A stretch of DNA of 64,000 bases from Nemertoderma westbladi (taxonomy: Eukaryota; Animalia; Xenacoelomorpha), in NCBI GenBank assembly GCA_032718475.1, contig JAUCBJ010004074.1, forward strand, positions 1 through 64,000, written 5' to 3'. A program made the translations under genes and the position numbers. Shown here in pieces: positions 12,050 to 25,100 of the stretch (within the stretch, counting starts at the first letter, position 1; each line of letters opens with the position of its first letter). The notes beneath the pieces were generated by a model that was not told the DNA's origin, made no database searches, and saw only the letters and a list, made by a program, of their open reading frames with translations.

Positions 12050-12575
12050 TAATTATAAACAGATCAGAGCTATCGGTATCTCCGCCCAACACGTCAACCA
12101 AGTCTCTATCCGCCTCGAGCATCGAGAATACGAGAAACTCGATCGAAATACCTGCTTATCCCAGTATCCGTCCGTAGTCACCGGACCGCTGCGGTTTACT
12201 CCCGTATACCAGTAGAATTCCCGCAGCTTCCGACACAATTCAACAACGAATTCGCCTCACACTTTCGCGTCGCAGAGAACGTAATCCAGTGCGATACACG
12301 TCTGCCCGACGTTCAACCATTTACCCCAGGCGATCCCAGGATCCGGGCCGCCACTAAACTCAGATCGCAATCCTCGTCGAGTCTCTGCCCTGTCTCTGAG
12401 TGTAGTAAATACCCAAATAAAATCGTACTGACAAACAAGCAATTCCGTAGTATTCCTCCGTTAATCACCTCTTGTAGCAACTCGGCTGCTCGGGTCCAGA
12501 CCAGATACATCGGACTGTCGGAAGCGTTTCAGCAGTAATGGAGCTGCATTTGCAGATTTGCGAATATTTCCAATG
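12050..12575 (-). pseudogene. Aldehyde dehydrogenase family 3 fragment, frameshifted
   Basis: [13 protein letters not shown].., [25 protein letters not shown] and REFY are split over frames. This matches the ALDH3 catalytic-Cys motif WGKxxNxGQTCIAPDY. Confidence 0.8.
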
Positions 12576-12710
12576 CTGCAATGGTTTTATAATAAATAAG
12601 GGGATTCATATAATAAGGGGATAATGGCCTTGCTCTAGGTCTACTTTACGACATCACCGTACAGCAGTAAACTCTTACTCATGTCAATGAGTAAGCTCTT
12701 ACTCTTATCA

Positions 12711-13215
12711 TGTGGGACGAGCCACGAAGTTGGCGGAGCCTTAGCGAATTGACACTGTTAGGGGGTGGGTCAATTTATGCAAATAGTTGTCGTCGTCGTC
12801 GTCGTCGTCGTTGTCGTCGTCGTCGTTGTCGTCGTCGTTACGATTTTGACATGCTAATAACTTTGTCGGATTTAAAGCTGCCTAGTTGAAAATTTGTAGG
12901 TATCAATATGAGCAAAAGTTGAGATTTTTGAGAGACTTTCAGACACCATCAGTGCAATGGTCTCCCGCTAGAGGGCCACATGTCTAAACATTAAATGCCC
13001 TCCCATTTCTTTGCTTTTAATCCGTTTAAGCTGAAACTTGGCAGATATGTATTAGACCATTAGCTGTGACTTTCAAAGGAGGCGAATCCATCTGCAGTTC
13101 TCCAGTCTGCCGCTAGAGGGCCAACGTGACTATTTGCATAAATTGACCTACCCCCTAACAGTGTCAATTCGCTAATGCTCTGCCAACTTCGTGCTGCGCG
13201 AAGTCCCCACTTCGT
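12711..13215. mobile_element. Short non-autonomous element with ~65-bp inverted repeats enclosing a (GTC)n microsatellite (HINE/DINE- or MITE-like)
   Basis: CACGAAGTTGGC...GGTCAATTTATGCAAATAGT (12723-12787) is inverted at ~13129-13193; (GTC)n at 12788-12838. Related TG(T)GGGGCGAGCCAC starts occur at ~16484 and ~46862. Confidence 0.55.
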
Positions 13216-13354
13216 GTATTGTAGGTGTAGAAGTGGAAGTGGCCTAGAAGGGGCTACAAATACTGTATGTGGATTATTTGTCCTATTGGAGACTTTGTCA
13301 TAATGATTTGACATTCAATACCATCTAATCTGAGACTACCTGTGTATAGTGCCG

Positions 13355-14945
13355 CGAACGCAACGGGTAACCCGTGGATTCCATCCAACCCGTAGACCCA
13401 ACCGGTAACCCATGGGTTCCATGCAACCCGTCAACACAATGGGTAACCCGAGGGTTCCATCCAACCCGTAGACCCAACCGGTAACCCATGGGTTCCATGC
13501 AACTCGTCAACGCGAATGAGCAACCCGTGGATTCTATTCAACCCTTCAACCCTACGGGTAACCCGAGGATGCCATCCAACCCGTCAACACAACGGGTAAC
13601 CCGTAGATTCCATCCAACCCATCAACCCAACGGGTAACATGTGGATTCCATCCAACCCCTCAACCCAACGGGTAACCCGAGCATTCAATCCAACCTGTCA
13701 TATCAAAGGGTAACCCGTGGATTCCATCCTACCCATCAACAGAATAGGTAACGCGTGGATTCTATCCAACCTGTCAACACAACGGGTAACCCGTGAATTC
13801 CATCCAACCTGTCAACACAACGGGTAACCCGTGAATTCCATCCAACCTGTCAACACAACGGGTAACCCGTGAATTCCATCCAACCCCTCAACCCAACGGG
13901 TAACCCGAGCATTCCATCCAACCTGTCAACACATCGGGTACCCCGTGGATTCTATCCAACCCGTCAACCCAACGGGTAACTCAAGGATTTCATCCAACCC
14001 GTCAACACAACGGGTAACCCGTAGATTCCATCCAACCCATCAACCCAACGGGTAACATGTGGATTCCATCCAACCCGTCAACCCAATGGGTAACCCGCAG
14101 GTTCCATCCAACCCGTCAACCCAGCTGGTAACCCATGGGTTCCATCCAACCCTTAGACCCAAAGGGTAACCTACGGGTTCCATGCAACCCGCAGACCCCA
14201 AGGGTAACCCATAAGTTCCATGCAACTCATAGACCCAAAGGGTAACCCACGGGTTCCATCCAGCCCGTAGACCCAAAGGGTAACCAAGGGGTTCCATCCA
14301 ACCCGTAGACCCAAAGGGTAACCCATGGGTTCCATACAACCCATAGACACAAATGGTAACCCATGGGTTCCATTCAACCCGTAGACACAACGCCTAACCC
14401 ATGGGTTCCACGCAACCCGTCAAACCAACGGGAAAACCATGGGTTCTATCCAACCCGTAGACCCAACGAGTAACCCATGGGTACCATGTAACCCGTAGAC
14501 CCAACTGGTAACCCATGGGTTCCATCCAAACCGTAGACCCAAAGGGTAACTCACGGGTTCCATCCAACCCATAGACCCAACGGGTAACCCATGGGTCCCA
14601 TGTTACCCGTAGACCCAACGGATTAAACATGGGTTCTATCCAAACCGTAGACCCAAAGGGTATCCCATGGGTTCCATCCAACCCGTCAAACCAAACGGGG
14701 GTAACCCATGGATTCCATCCAACCCGCTGACCCAGAGGATAACCCATGGCTTCAATGCAACCCGTCAACCCAGCTGGTAACCCATGGGTTCCATCCAACC
14801 CTTAGACCCAAAGGGTAACCCACGGGTTCAATGCAACCCGTAGACCCTACGGGTAACCCATGGGTTCTATGCAATTCGTCAACCCAACGGGTAACCCATG
14901 GGTTCTATCCAACCCGTAGTCCCAGCAGTTTCGGGTTCCATCCAT
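13355..14945. repeat. ~40-bp satellite array
   Basis: Unit CAACCCGT(C/AG)ACCCAACGGGTAACCCATGGGTTCCATC repeated about 40 times. Confidence 0.95.
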
Positions 14946-15485
14946 CGATAGATAGATAGATAGTTTATTGACCGTATAACAGTACATAATATACAAATAA
15001 TACAGTCCAAAATAATACACAATTTCAATACAATAAAACAAATATTACACATTTCAATTTCAATACATGTTCAATACTAAATTAATTCGAACTAAATTCA
15101 TACTCAAAACAATTCAATGAAACAAAATACAAATTTTGTTTTCGATACTAGTTCAATATACTAAGGCTCAAAACAATTCAATGAAACAAATAATACACAT
15201 TTCAATTTCAATACATGTTCAATACTAAATTAATTCTAACTAAATTCTTACACAAAGTCAAAACATTACATTTCAGCAAGCTTAAGTTACCATATCCCTC
15301 TCATCAACATCTTGTCAACTTCATTTCAATTACCAATCATTATCCACCAAAACGAATACCTTAAAAATGTACTTCGCCACCACGGACTGGTCATACATTT
15401 CAAAAAGGTCCTTGAGTGACGTTGGTATGTTTGTTTTGAAAAATTTTTCCCGTACATTCGCCAGCAGTGGACACTCTATGAAAAC
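14946..15485 (-). mobile_element. 5'-truncated non-LTR retrotransposon 3' end
   Basis: Minus translation IECPLLANVREKFFKTNIPTSLKDLFENV resembles the residues after the C-terminal zinc knuckle of LINE ORF2. An AT-rich UTR follows, ending AATAAA-(CTAT)n. Confidence 0.55.
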
Positions 15486-17627
15486 ATCGAAACGCCTTCC
15501 GTCTTTTAATTAAAGGAAAGGGACATATTGTGGAGTAGGCACCCTATTTAATTAAATTAAGAGTTTATTATTTCTTCAGTAAGGATAATATAATTCGGCT
15601 AATTAGGAGCCCGCTTGACAGCGGGATACTTACTGTAAGAATCTCAGGGATACTTTCTGTAAAAATCTCAGGATACATTACACTGACTGAGTGACTGACA
15701 TACTGACTGATAATTATCTAGGTTAAGGCACTTCCTGCCTGGCGATTTTGATAAAATTTTGCAAGTACATTGCTTTGGTGGTTCATAATTGGTGGTTCAT
15801 GGTGGTTCTATGTGTGGTATTCGATATATTTAGTTTTTTGACATTGTTTTGTCGCGAAATTAAAAGCAATGGTAAAATAACAGCTGGTGTTCATGATGAA
15901 ATATGGCTTAATATGTTATACACAGTCATAGAAAAACGTGTTGGTTGCCAAGTTTTACTAGTAGGCTATAAGGAAAGGCAATGTTTACTCACACATAAGC
16001 TGTTGGTTTCTAATGTATTACCCCATAAGCTGATTGCTCTCCCAGTGCTTCCTAAGGGTATATCTACAATAAGGTTACTCACTCTGCTATGTTAGGGGGT
16101 GGATCAGGAGAATGAATTTTAGTTACACAAAGCAGTGTGTTGTGCCCTATTGCAGTCGATACTCACTGTGGATTGCAAAATGTTTTATAGTTGACCTACA
16201 CTATAATACAGTAGTTGCATGTATTTAAGGAGCCCGCTCTGGCCTACCGCCTAAGGAGTACCTATATTACATATTCACATAGAATTCACTGGGAAGAGAT
16301 ATTCCGCTTGACGACGGGGTAATACCTTTAGAAGGAAACTAAATTTGTTATTTGGTGCATCATGGGCATTTTTTATAAATATTCGGTAATCGCATCTTAT
16401 ATCTTGTAAACGTTCTTGATAATGAAATTATTTGCTTCATATTATATTTTTGTTAGTGGTAGCTAAGTTGCATTTTTTATTATGTGGGGCGAGCCACAAA
16501 GTCAGCTAGCCTCGCGCCTTGCAGTTTAGACAATTTTAGTTTACTTACTGCTGACTGACATAGTTCTTTGTAATAGTCTTGGCTAGTAGATTAATATTAT
16601 GTTACAGTACTTACCGATATTACTGTAGTTATTATATTTAGTCTCTTTAACTTGAACTCAATAGGAATCAGATCTTGGATAATCGTTTGAGCGGCTGCAC
16701 GTTGGGTTCACATAGAACATCATCATTCTTAAATATATTCTGACATCAACAATATAATGACGTAGAGATTCAACTTTAACTGTAGGCCTTTCACTCTACT
16801 GTAGGTGATACTAGAATATTAAATAATATCTACCGAACTGCAGCAGTAATAATAGTTTGGTACACTGGTGTAAACACGAGATGGGAAACTGAAAGTAAAA
16901 TAGTACCGGTATACTTATGGAAGGGGTTACCTAAACGAGTGATAATAGAATACAGTATACAGTAGAGAATGATAGGAGGATTAGGCCCTACATCATATGG
17001 TACACTGGCGGCAAATTGCCAATTGGGGTGTCGTTTCAGCCTTCTCATAGGGTTAATGTTAAATATTGAAAAATTAGTGCCCATAAGTAAAAATTTAACT
17101 GTAAACTGTGTTCCTGAATTTAGTTTATTGTTTTGATTAGAGCCATTATAACATGTTACTTTCCTTTAAAGGGTACCTTAAATGATAAATATCGCAATTA
17201 AATATTCACCCCAATTGGTAATATGCGCACTGGTGTGTTGGCCTAGGACCGGAGTGTAGAAACTGAAAGTAAATAGGACCGGTATTAGTTATAATTACCT
17301 AAGACGTATTGTATATACAACTACATATATACATATATATATGTACATGTACATATATATATATATGTATTCCAAAACTGGAGGTAAAATTATTTATCCA
17401 ATCAACGAGATAAAGGTTCATTCTGTTGAATTCGCATTAATTATTCTAGACCAGTAATAACGTTGATAATTATTAATTAATTTAGCATCAAAATGGGCAT
17501 CCAAGAAAATACGCAACGCAAAGAAACTTTGGCGCAACTCAATGGTGCGAAAACGCAACGAGAATTACTCAATGTTTTTATTGTGAGCTGTTTAATTATA
17601 CTGAAGGATAAATTCTGGTTACCGCAG

Positions 17628-18793
17628 TATTCGCGCTTTCAGACCTTTGGCAGTTTAACCCGCCAAATTATGATGTCTTCTAGATAATAAATCACTTTTA
17701 GCCTATGACAAGTATTTAATTCACTACACTAGTCGAAACCAATCTGTGCGCGATCATTCACCCGCTGGATATACCCGGGAGATTGGGTTCGACGGCTTAA
17801 TCTTATTGCTATGTAAGCTTAATGTATTATTCGACTGACAGTATTATATAATCTCTGACAATATTATTCACCTTCGGGGAATATTAACAGTTCCTTTAGG
17901 ACGTGGCGCTCTATCTATATAAACAGAGTTATGACTTAAACTACTCACAACGATATGGCTTAGTTATAATTCACATATATGGCGCATTCTTTAGGAAATG
18001 CTTCGTTATCAGTCTCACTCATACACAATGCTGCACAATACTGCACACTGATCTGCCGATCTTCACTGATTTTAGTTATATATAAAAGGAACACGGACCG
18101 ACTCATGTAGGGTCTATCAAATAACATTAGATTCACTTCAAACCACTTTAACATAAGTCACAATCGTTATATGTAACCTTTCTCTCTTACCTTCGGTATA
18201 TCAAGAATATTGGGTTTCGGGGTTATTTATCGTTATTCCAAATATAATAATTCATCAACCATATTATGAAGAACTGACAGTAAATAGCAGTATAACAATA
18301 GAAAGACCAAACATCAGTTTGATAAATCAGTTTGGTTTGTTTTGATAACGGATATATGTCCTTATAATTAAGCCTACTAGTGTTAGACTAAAACAGAAAA
18401 GCACAAAATATTTCCAAGCCGTTCTCTCCTGGCTCAGGACAGAAAGACCAACAACACTAAAAACTGATAAGAATAACCTTATTTACAAAATCTTCCACCC
18501 ACCACAGAGAATGAGCATACAGATAGGAAAATTCAGTTCAGTAGATCTGTGATAGGTCGAAATCAAAACCAACTCAAATCCTATTGGCAGATACAGAAAG
18601 CAGGGCTGTGGGGCAACCTTCCCAAGCTGGTTGGACGATCAAACGTAGCCCAGATCCCTTCGCACAGCAAATCAGCCAATCAGCCGGTAGCTTGCACTAT
18701 TCGAGTTATAGATCCCTTTTTAGAGTATTCCAGCGCCTGGGGGGAACTGGTTAGCAAGGCAAACGAATCAGTTATCCCACAAAAGCTTTTACA
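17628..18793 (-). repeat. 3' LTR of copy A
   Basis: Near-identical to 39429-40594 (only a few differences seen by eye). Preceded on the minus strand by the purine-rich tract TCTGGGAGCGG. Confidence 0.95.
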
Positions 18794-18871
18794 CCGCTCC
18801 CAGAAAATGGGATTTAAGTCTATAAAATATACAAAATCACAATTTCTAATATACATAAATACTCTAAACAG

Positions 18872-20202
18872 TTAGTCTTTCTTGCGCGGACGGCGTTTAC
18901 GCAGTTTTTTAAAGCTAGCCAGAGTCTTTTTCTCTTTGGGGCGAGCCACTTTACGAGGAGGGCTGTAGCTCCTAGGCGAAGGGTGCAATATAATTGCATC
19001 AGAAGGTGCAGGGTTACGATCGGTGTCTCGTCCATTTCGATATGCTTCTCCTCGAGCTGATTTTCCTCCGCTTGTCATGGGATACGTTCGTCCAAAACTC
19101 TCGCAGAGAATAGGGTTTTCTAAGCTTGATATCTTCTTAGAGATTCGAGATTTCCCAATCGAACTGAGATAAGGCCAATTCGTTTATCGATTGGACTTAC
19201 TGTTATAACTTACGTTTATCTGAACAAACGCAGGTTTCTTTTTTGATCTTTATAGAATAGCGTTTAACTCGTTTCGTACAACGCTCTCCTTCACCTTGAT
19301 GAAGGGTTGTATCGCGTTAATCGGGGACGACCATACGGTTGGATAGTGATATTAGGTGTCCGCGTCACAATCCGGCTAGGTAAGATGGGCGGCTAGCTAG
19401 AAATCACTGTCGGAGTGTTACCGATTAATTGTTAGGGTAGCACTAGATCTTTGAACAGTGAATACAGTCCGCGAGGATCCGCGACACCACCAGGATCGTA
19501 GGTCTGAGGTCCAACTAAGGAATGAGGAGGTTTGACCGAGTATTCCGGGACTCTGATCGTAGGTTTACTCCAGGATCGTTCGAGCCGAGTGAGCATAGGT
19601 GGTACGTCAAACAAGTTTCGCTCGAAACTCCAATAAATATAACGAGCACAACTGTGTTTAACACAACGTTTCCGTGGATGTTTATGTCTTTCCGTTTATT
19701 GGCTGGGTCTAGGGCATTTATCGTAATAATACCAAAGACGCACGTCTTGTAGGGGAAACGCGGATGATATTTATTTGTTGTTACAATGCTTCTATCAAGA
19801 ATTCCAAATATATGTTGGAGTTACCGCGTTTATTTGTTTCTTTAATGTCTTTTCTTTCGAGTCGATTTCGAATAGGATTTTCGCATTAGAATTTTGGTTT
19901 ATCGTTTCGACTCCTCTGGGTAGGATATGTTCGACATAGTCCGTATCGTGTAAATCGATAGAATGGTCAATGGTTAAGAAGTCCATATATATACCATTAC
20001 AATGCGTGTAGCGAGCGGTGAATTTTCCATAGTCCAATTCACGCGTAAGTTACTTCCAGGAAATCGTAGGTTCGATATAACAACCATCATCCTTCGTAGT
20101 AGTTGGATCAGCGTCGCCGCGTATCAAGCTATCGACAAACGCTTGTAAAGGTAGAGTATATCTCTCCCTGATACCAAGATCATCTTCTATTAATTCAGTC
20201 AT
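18872..20202 (-). pseudogene. Decayed, internally deleted accessory ORF of copy A
   Basis: Begins MTELIEDDLGIRERYTL and ends KKLRKRRPRKKD*, like 58315-62567, but is only 1.33 kb with stops and frameshifts. A junction at ~19025 joins the equivalents of ~59688 and ~62413. Confidence 0.9.
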
Positions 20203-21857
20203 ATCTGCTATACGAGTTCACCAATATTATAATGAGTTTATATATTTATTAGGCGAGCGGGCGTCGCTGCCTACTTCTCCCTTGCCCCCGGACAGTGTGA
20301 GATTCTCAGCGCCGATGTACCGCTGTCGCTATACTTTCGCCAACGACGTAGCCGTACAACGACAACGATAACCGGCACAAGTCACTCAACTGTCCGTCCC
20401 AAAGGCTTAGATGTACTTCGGTTTTCCTTGGAGAGTTAGGTTACTTTCACGATTGCGACTAGCTACTGTAAACACACTTTAGCAGTAACATTCACCTATA
20501 AACTCACAAACACCACACAACTGGTCACAACTACGCACATTCGGGCCATTTGTCCGTTAGTCAATGCCTTCCAGAATGTCACTGTATTATTATGTATCCT
20601 TGGATACTAGCAGTGCGCTATTTATTCCCTATGCTATTCAATGGGACAAGCTTTCTATTGTTCTTTTAACTCAATTCTAATTCTAGCGTGGTTGTTGCTA
20701 TGGTGACATTATGCAAAGCTAGCGGTAGAATTAGGGTAATTCCAATGCATACAGATCTGGGATGTTATTTAATAGTATTCTTTAATAGTCAATGTTCTGT
20801 TTTATACATGACTTTATGAATTTTATCGGCTATTGACTATGTTTGGGAGACTTTCGCACACTCATATGCATAATAAGATAAATCTCCGCTCCCTTGATCT
20901 ATTAATTAATGGAATTTTGGGAATGTTATAAATTGCGCAAAAATGGCAATTTATTAAATTCATTAAAAGGCATGAATTTAAATTATTCCCTGAAATTTTA
21001 TTATTTACTAATTAGATGGACATATTTTGATTCTAGAATATGTCTGGGGACACAAGATCCTTAATTCTATGACAATTGTCTTTTTAAGAATATCGGTAAA
21101 TGCTACGATATCTTAATTGACTAGAATTGTTGAAGGATCTGAATTTTACAGATTTTGATTTATTGGATTTGCAAATATTAAATAATTAATATTTGAGATG
21201 GGCACCGATTTATTCCAGAACTTGTCTGGGGACGTTAACCACTGATTCTAAAATTTGTCTTTCAAGTATATCGGTGGGTGCCGCGATATCTTAATCGACT
21301 AGAATTACAGATGGTCAAAGGGTTTAACAGATTTATTTTGCGTTATACGCTACTGTTAAAGGGACATCACGCTACTATATGTATTATTTAATATACGGTA
21401 TGTGTCATAAAATATATATATTCAAGTAGGGAAATAAAGTTAGTTTGTTTTCGTTAATGATTTAATGTTAATGTGCATAGTACAGTAGTTGGCAACAGCA
21501 GGGGTTCATTGACATCAACTCATACATTATATCATTGATATACATACAGTATCGTCTATATTATTATCTATTGTTTGTACAACGCTAGAATTACCTCATC
21601 GTTTGGACGACATGCCCCTGCTGTTCGTCCTAATTAAAAGGGTCAATTAGTATTGCTACAATAATAGGAGTATACATATAGTGTTGGTGCGGTGATGGTA
21701 AAACCAGTTGCTAATTGTCGTTGTAATATGTGTCATTTTTGTAAATAGTTAGTTAATTATTAAATTAGAGAAATATGTAATCATAATATTGTGTTTTTTA
21801 AACTGTTCATGGGCGGTTCAACAATCAGAAGAATATACATTCATCCCGTTCATGACA

Positions 21858-21868
21858 TGGCGCCCGAT
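21858..21868 (+). promoter_or_regulatory. Primer-binding site of element B (tRNA-Lys-like)
   Basis: TGGCGCCCGA directly follows the 5' LTR. Confidence 0.75.
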
Positions 21869-22199
21869 GTTAAACGGCAGTAATATTCAACTGGGTAAGT
21901 CAAACTTCATTAGGATTACAGAATCACAGTAATTATATTCAAGTTGCTCAATGGGTTGTTCAAAGATATTCAAGTTGCGTTGGTATCTTCTATCTAATTG
22001 CAACAACCAAGGACAATATGAAATTATCGAAATCTGTTAATGCAAATTAGCGTCAACTACAGTAACTTCATAAACGTCTGACTTACTCAATTGTACTGGT
22101 ACGTTACAGTAAGCACCAGTGCGATGCAAAACAGGATTGCTTCTGTCGCTTACATATTAATTCACAGGTTCAACACAGGATTTCCCAACATCAGCAAAC

Positions 22200-25100
22200 A
22201 TGTCAGAAATGGACGGGGAATTAACACAACTCAAACGTTCTCGTGGAATACTACGGGGAAAAGTCACTAGAGCGCAGAAGAGACTGAATACGCAACTTGA
22301 CGAAGCTGAGAGGACAACATTGATGGAGACGTTTAAAGATTTGAATCAACGACTCTTAGAGGCCGATATGCAAATCGGTATACAGCTCGAAGATGACGAA
22401 ATGGAAAGCGATCTGGACTATTCAGATGAGTATCAAACAATAATAAACAATGCAATTGCTTTCTTACGCAAGTCTATGCCCACCAATCAGCATCATGCTG
22501 GTTATCACTCAAATACCACACTCAATGAACCTAGTTTTCAAGGTGTACATAATTCAACAGAATACATGTCCCACTTATCTATAATTCAAAATCAAACAGA
22601 AGGGAGAGTTTTAGCACGTTCAATGCTGTCCAAACTAAAACCCCCTACATTTGGTGGTAATTTGTTGGATTTCAAAGGCTGGCATGAAGCATTTCTCACA
22701 GCTATTGATGAAGCACAGGTGCCTGATGTTATAAAATTTCAGTACCTACGTCAGAGTCTCAAGGGAGAAGCCCTTAAGACTGTTGGAGGGCTAGCAGTAA
22801 ACGGAACTAATTATTCAATAGCCATGAAATTATTAACTGAAAGATTTGGCAATGAAAGACAAATTATCAGGGCACACATAGAGCAAATAAGAGCCATTAG
22901 AAAAACCAAAACAACGTTACGAGAAATTTATGATCATTGCCAATCGCATGCAAGGGCTTTAGAAGCACTAGGTGTTTCAACTGACAAATATGAGCTGACA
23001 GTAGTTCCAGATGTGTTAGCTGCACTTCCAGAGAGAATTGCACTAAGATTTTGTCGTAAAAATAAAGAGAAAGTCGAAAACCTTGAATGGATAATGGAAC
23101 AAATCAAGGGGGAGTTGGAAGTGTAAAAGCCTTTGCTGAATTGCCCCGTTATTTTTATTATCTTTTACATTAAAATACTCTGTAGTTGACATTCTAATTT
23201 GGCGGGTTAAACTGCCAAAGGTCTGAAAGCGCGAACAGGAAGCTCAGGAAATGCTATCCAATACAATAAACCCACCCCATTCAATAGACACTTTGTTGAG
23301 CAGTGATGGCCAAAACAGCTATCAACAATCGGTAGAAACCCCCAATGCACCCTTTCGTGATAAACTTAAGGAAAAACACGTCAACAGACACACATACGGC
23401 GCAACAGCTGCTAATTTTGTGGCTAGTGTAACAAATGATGGAAAGGCTCACTTAAATGCCCAGTCGAGCTCAGGTACAGCAAAATTGGGATCAAAACAAA
23501 CAATTGTACCACATTGTTTGTTCTGTAGACAAATTCATTACTCAGCTGATTGTTCGACAGTAACTGACCCTTTGGAAAGAAAGGAAATACTAAAAGAAAA
23601 AGGCCGTTGCTATATATGTTTAAGCAAAGAGCATATGGCAAATAAATGCCAATCGATAAAACAATGCAAATTTTGCAACAATCGTTTTCACCATCCTGCA
23701 ATCTGCCTGAAACGAGGTGTAGGCCCACAACGTCAATCTACAGTACTTGTTACTTCAACAGAAACAACCAATACACAACTGGAAGTACCAAAACCTACAA
23801 ATATTACGTTGTCATCCACAACAAATTCTAACACAACCTTACAAACGGCGACTATCAATGCATACGATGACCAAAATAACGTTTTTACTATCAATTCTTT
23901 GTTCGACCCCGGCGCTCAACGCACTTTTATTTTACGGGAAGTGCTCGAACGACATTCATTAACAGTGATAGGAAGTGAAGTATTGGCACCGCAAGGTTTT
24001 GGATCAAGTGCAAAAGCTTCGGAATGTTTCACAATTGTTGAAATAAAATTACAGTTGAGGAATTTGGAATTTGGAACAATTAAAGCATTAGTTATAGAAA
24101 AGATTTGTGATCCAATCTACAACATGGTTCCACATAACGTTATAAAACAAAGTAAAACGCTAAGCTCTCTGCAATTAGCAGACGCAACTGTAACCAATGC
24201 TGCATTGTTTAAAATCGAGCTTTTAATAGGTGTTGACGAGTATTGGAACATAGTTTCTGGTTCCATAATTCGGGGCGCCCAAAACGAGCCGGTGGCCATA
24301 GACAGCGCCGTGGGCTGGTTATTATCCGGCCCCGCATATATCCCTGACTACGAGGAAACTCTTGTAATCAAATCGAACCAACACCTTTCCCCATCAACCA
24401 CCTTAACGCTTGAATCGCGGTTGATTGCAAACCAATGCGTTGACATCGGTGACTCAGTTAAAGATCCTGAGTCACAAATTCTAACTATGTTAAAACTATT
24501 CTGGTCCCTAGAGTCAATCGGAATTACAACACTTGGCGAAGAACTCAAACCCATAATAACTGACATTAAATTCAAAGAGGGAAAGTACGTAGTTCGTTTA
24601 CCATGGAAGTTGGATCCATTCCAATTACCAGAACACTACCATAGATGCGCTACTCAACTGAAATCACTCATAACGAAATTGTCAAAGACTGGGTTGTTGA
24701 TTAGCTACAATGACGTCATTGAGGACCACTTCAGTAAAGGGTATGTTGAGCTAGTCGATATTACGCAGCCGACTACCAATCCAATTCACTATGTACCTCA
24801 TCATGGGGTAATAAAAGAAACACGCCAGACAACAAAACTCAGAGTGGTATTCAACGCGTCAGCTATAGACACAAAGTACGGCATTAGTTTAAATTCATGT
24901 TTAAATTACGGTCCTAATTTCTTACCATTATTGTTTCAAGTATTAGTACGTCTTAGAACCAACCGCATTGCAATAGTCGCTGACATTGAAGCAGCATTTA
25001 TGCAATGCGTAATACATCCTGACGATAGAGATATGCTACGTTTTCTTTGGGTTAAAGACATAAATGACATCGATGTAAATAACCCAAAATTGCAAGCATA

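Noticed and set aside
13325-15041. Repetitive minus-strand ORFs, or a CRISPR-like array
   Set aside because: These are translations of a tandem satellite with no unique spacers and no cas genes, in a eukaryotic context.
17903-18875. Small ORFs duplicated at 39704-40604
   Set aside because: They are identical only because they lie in the two LTRs, and they are not conserved as ORFs in the LTRs of C and D.
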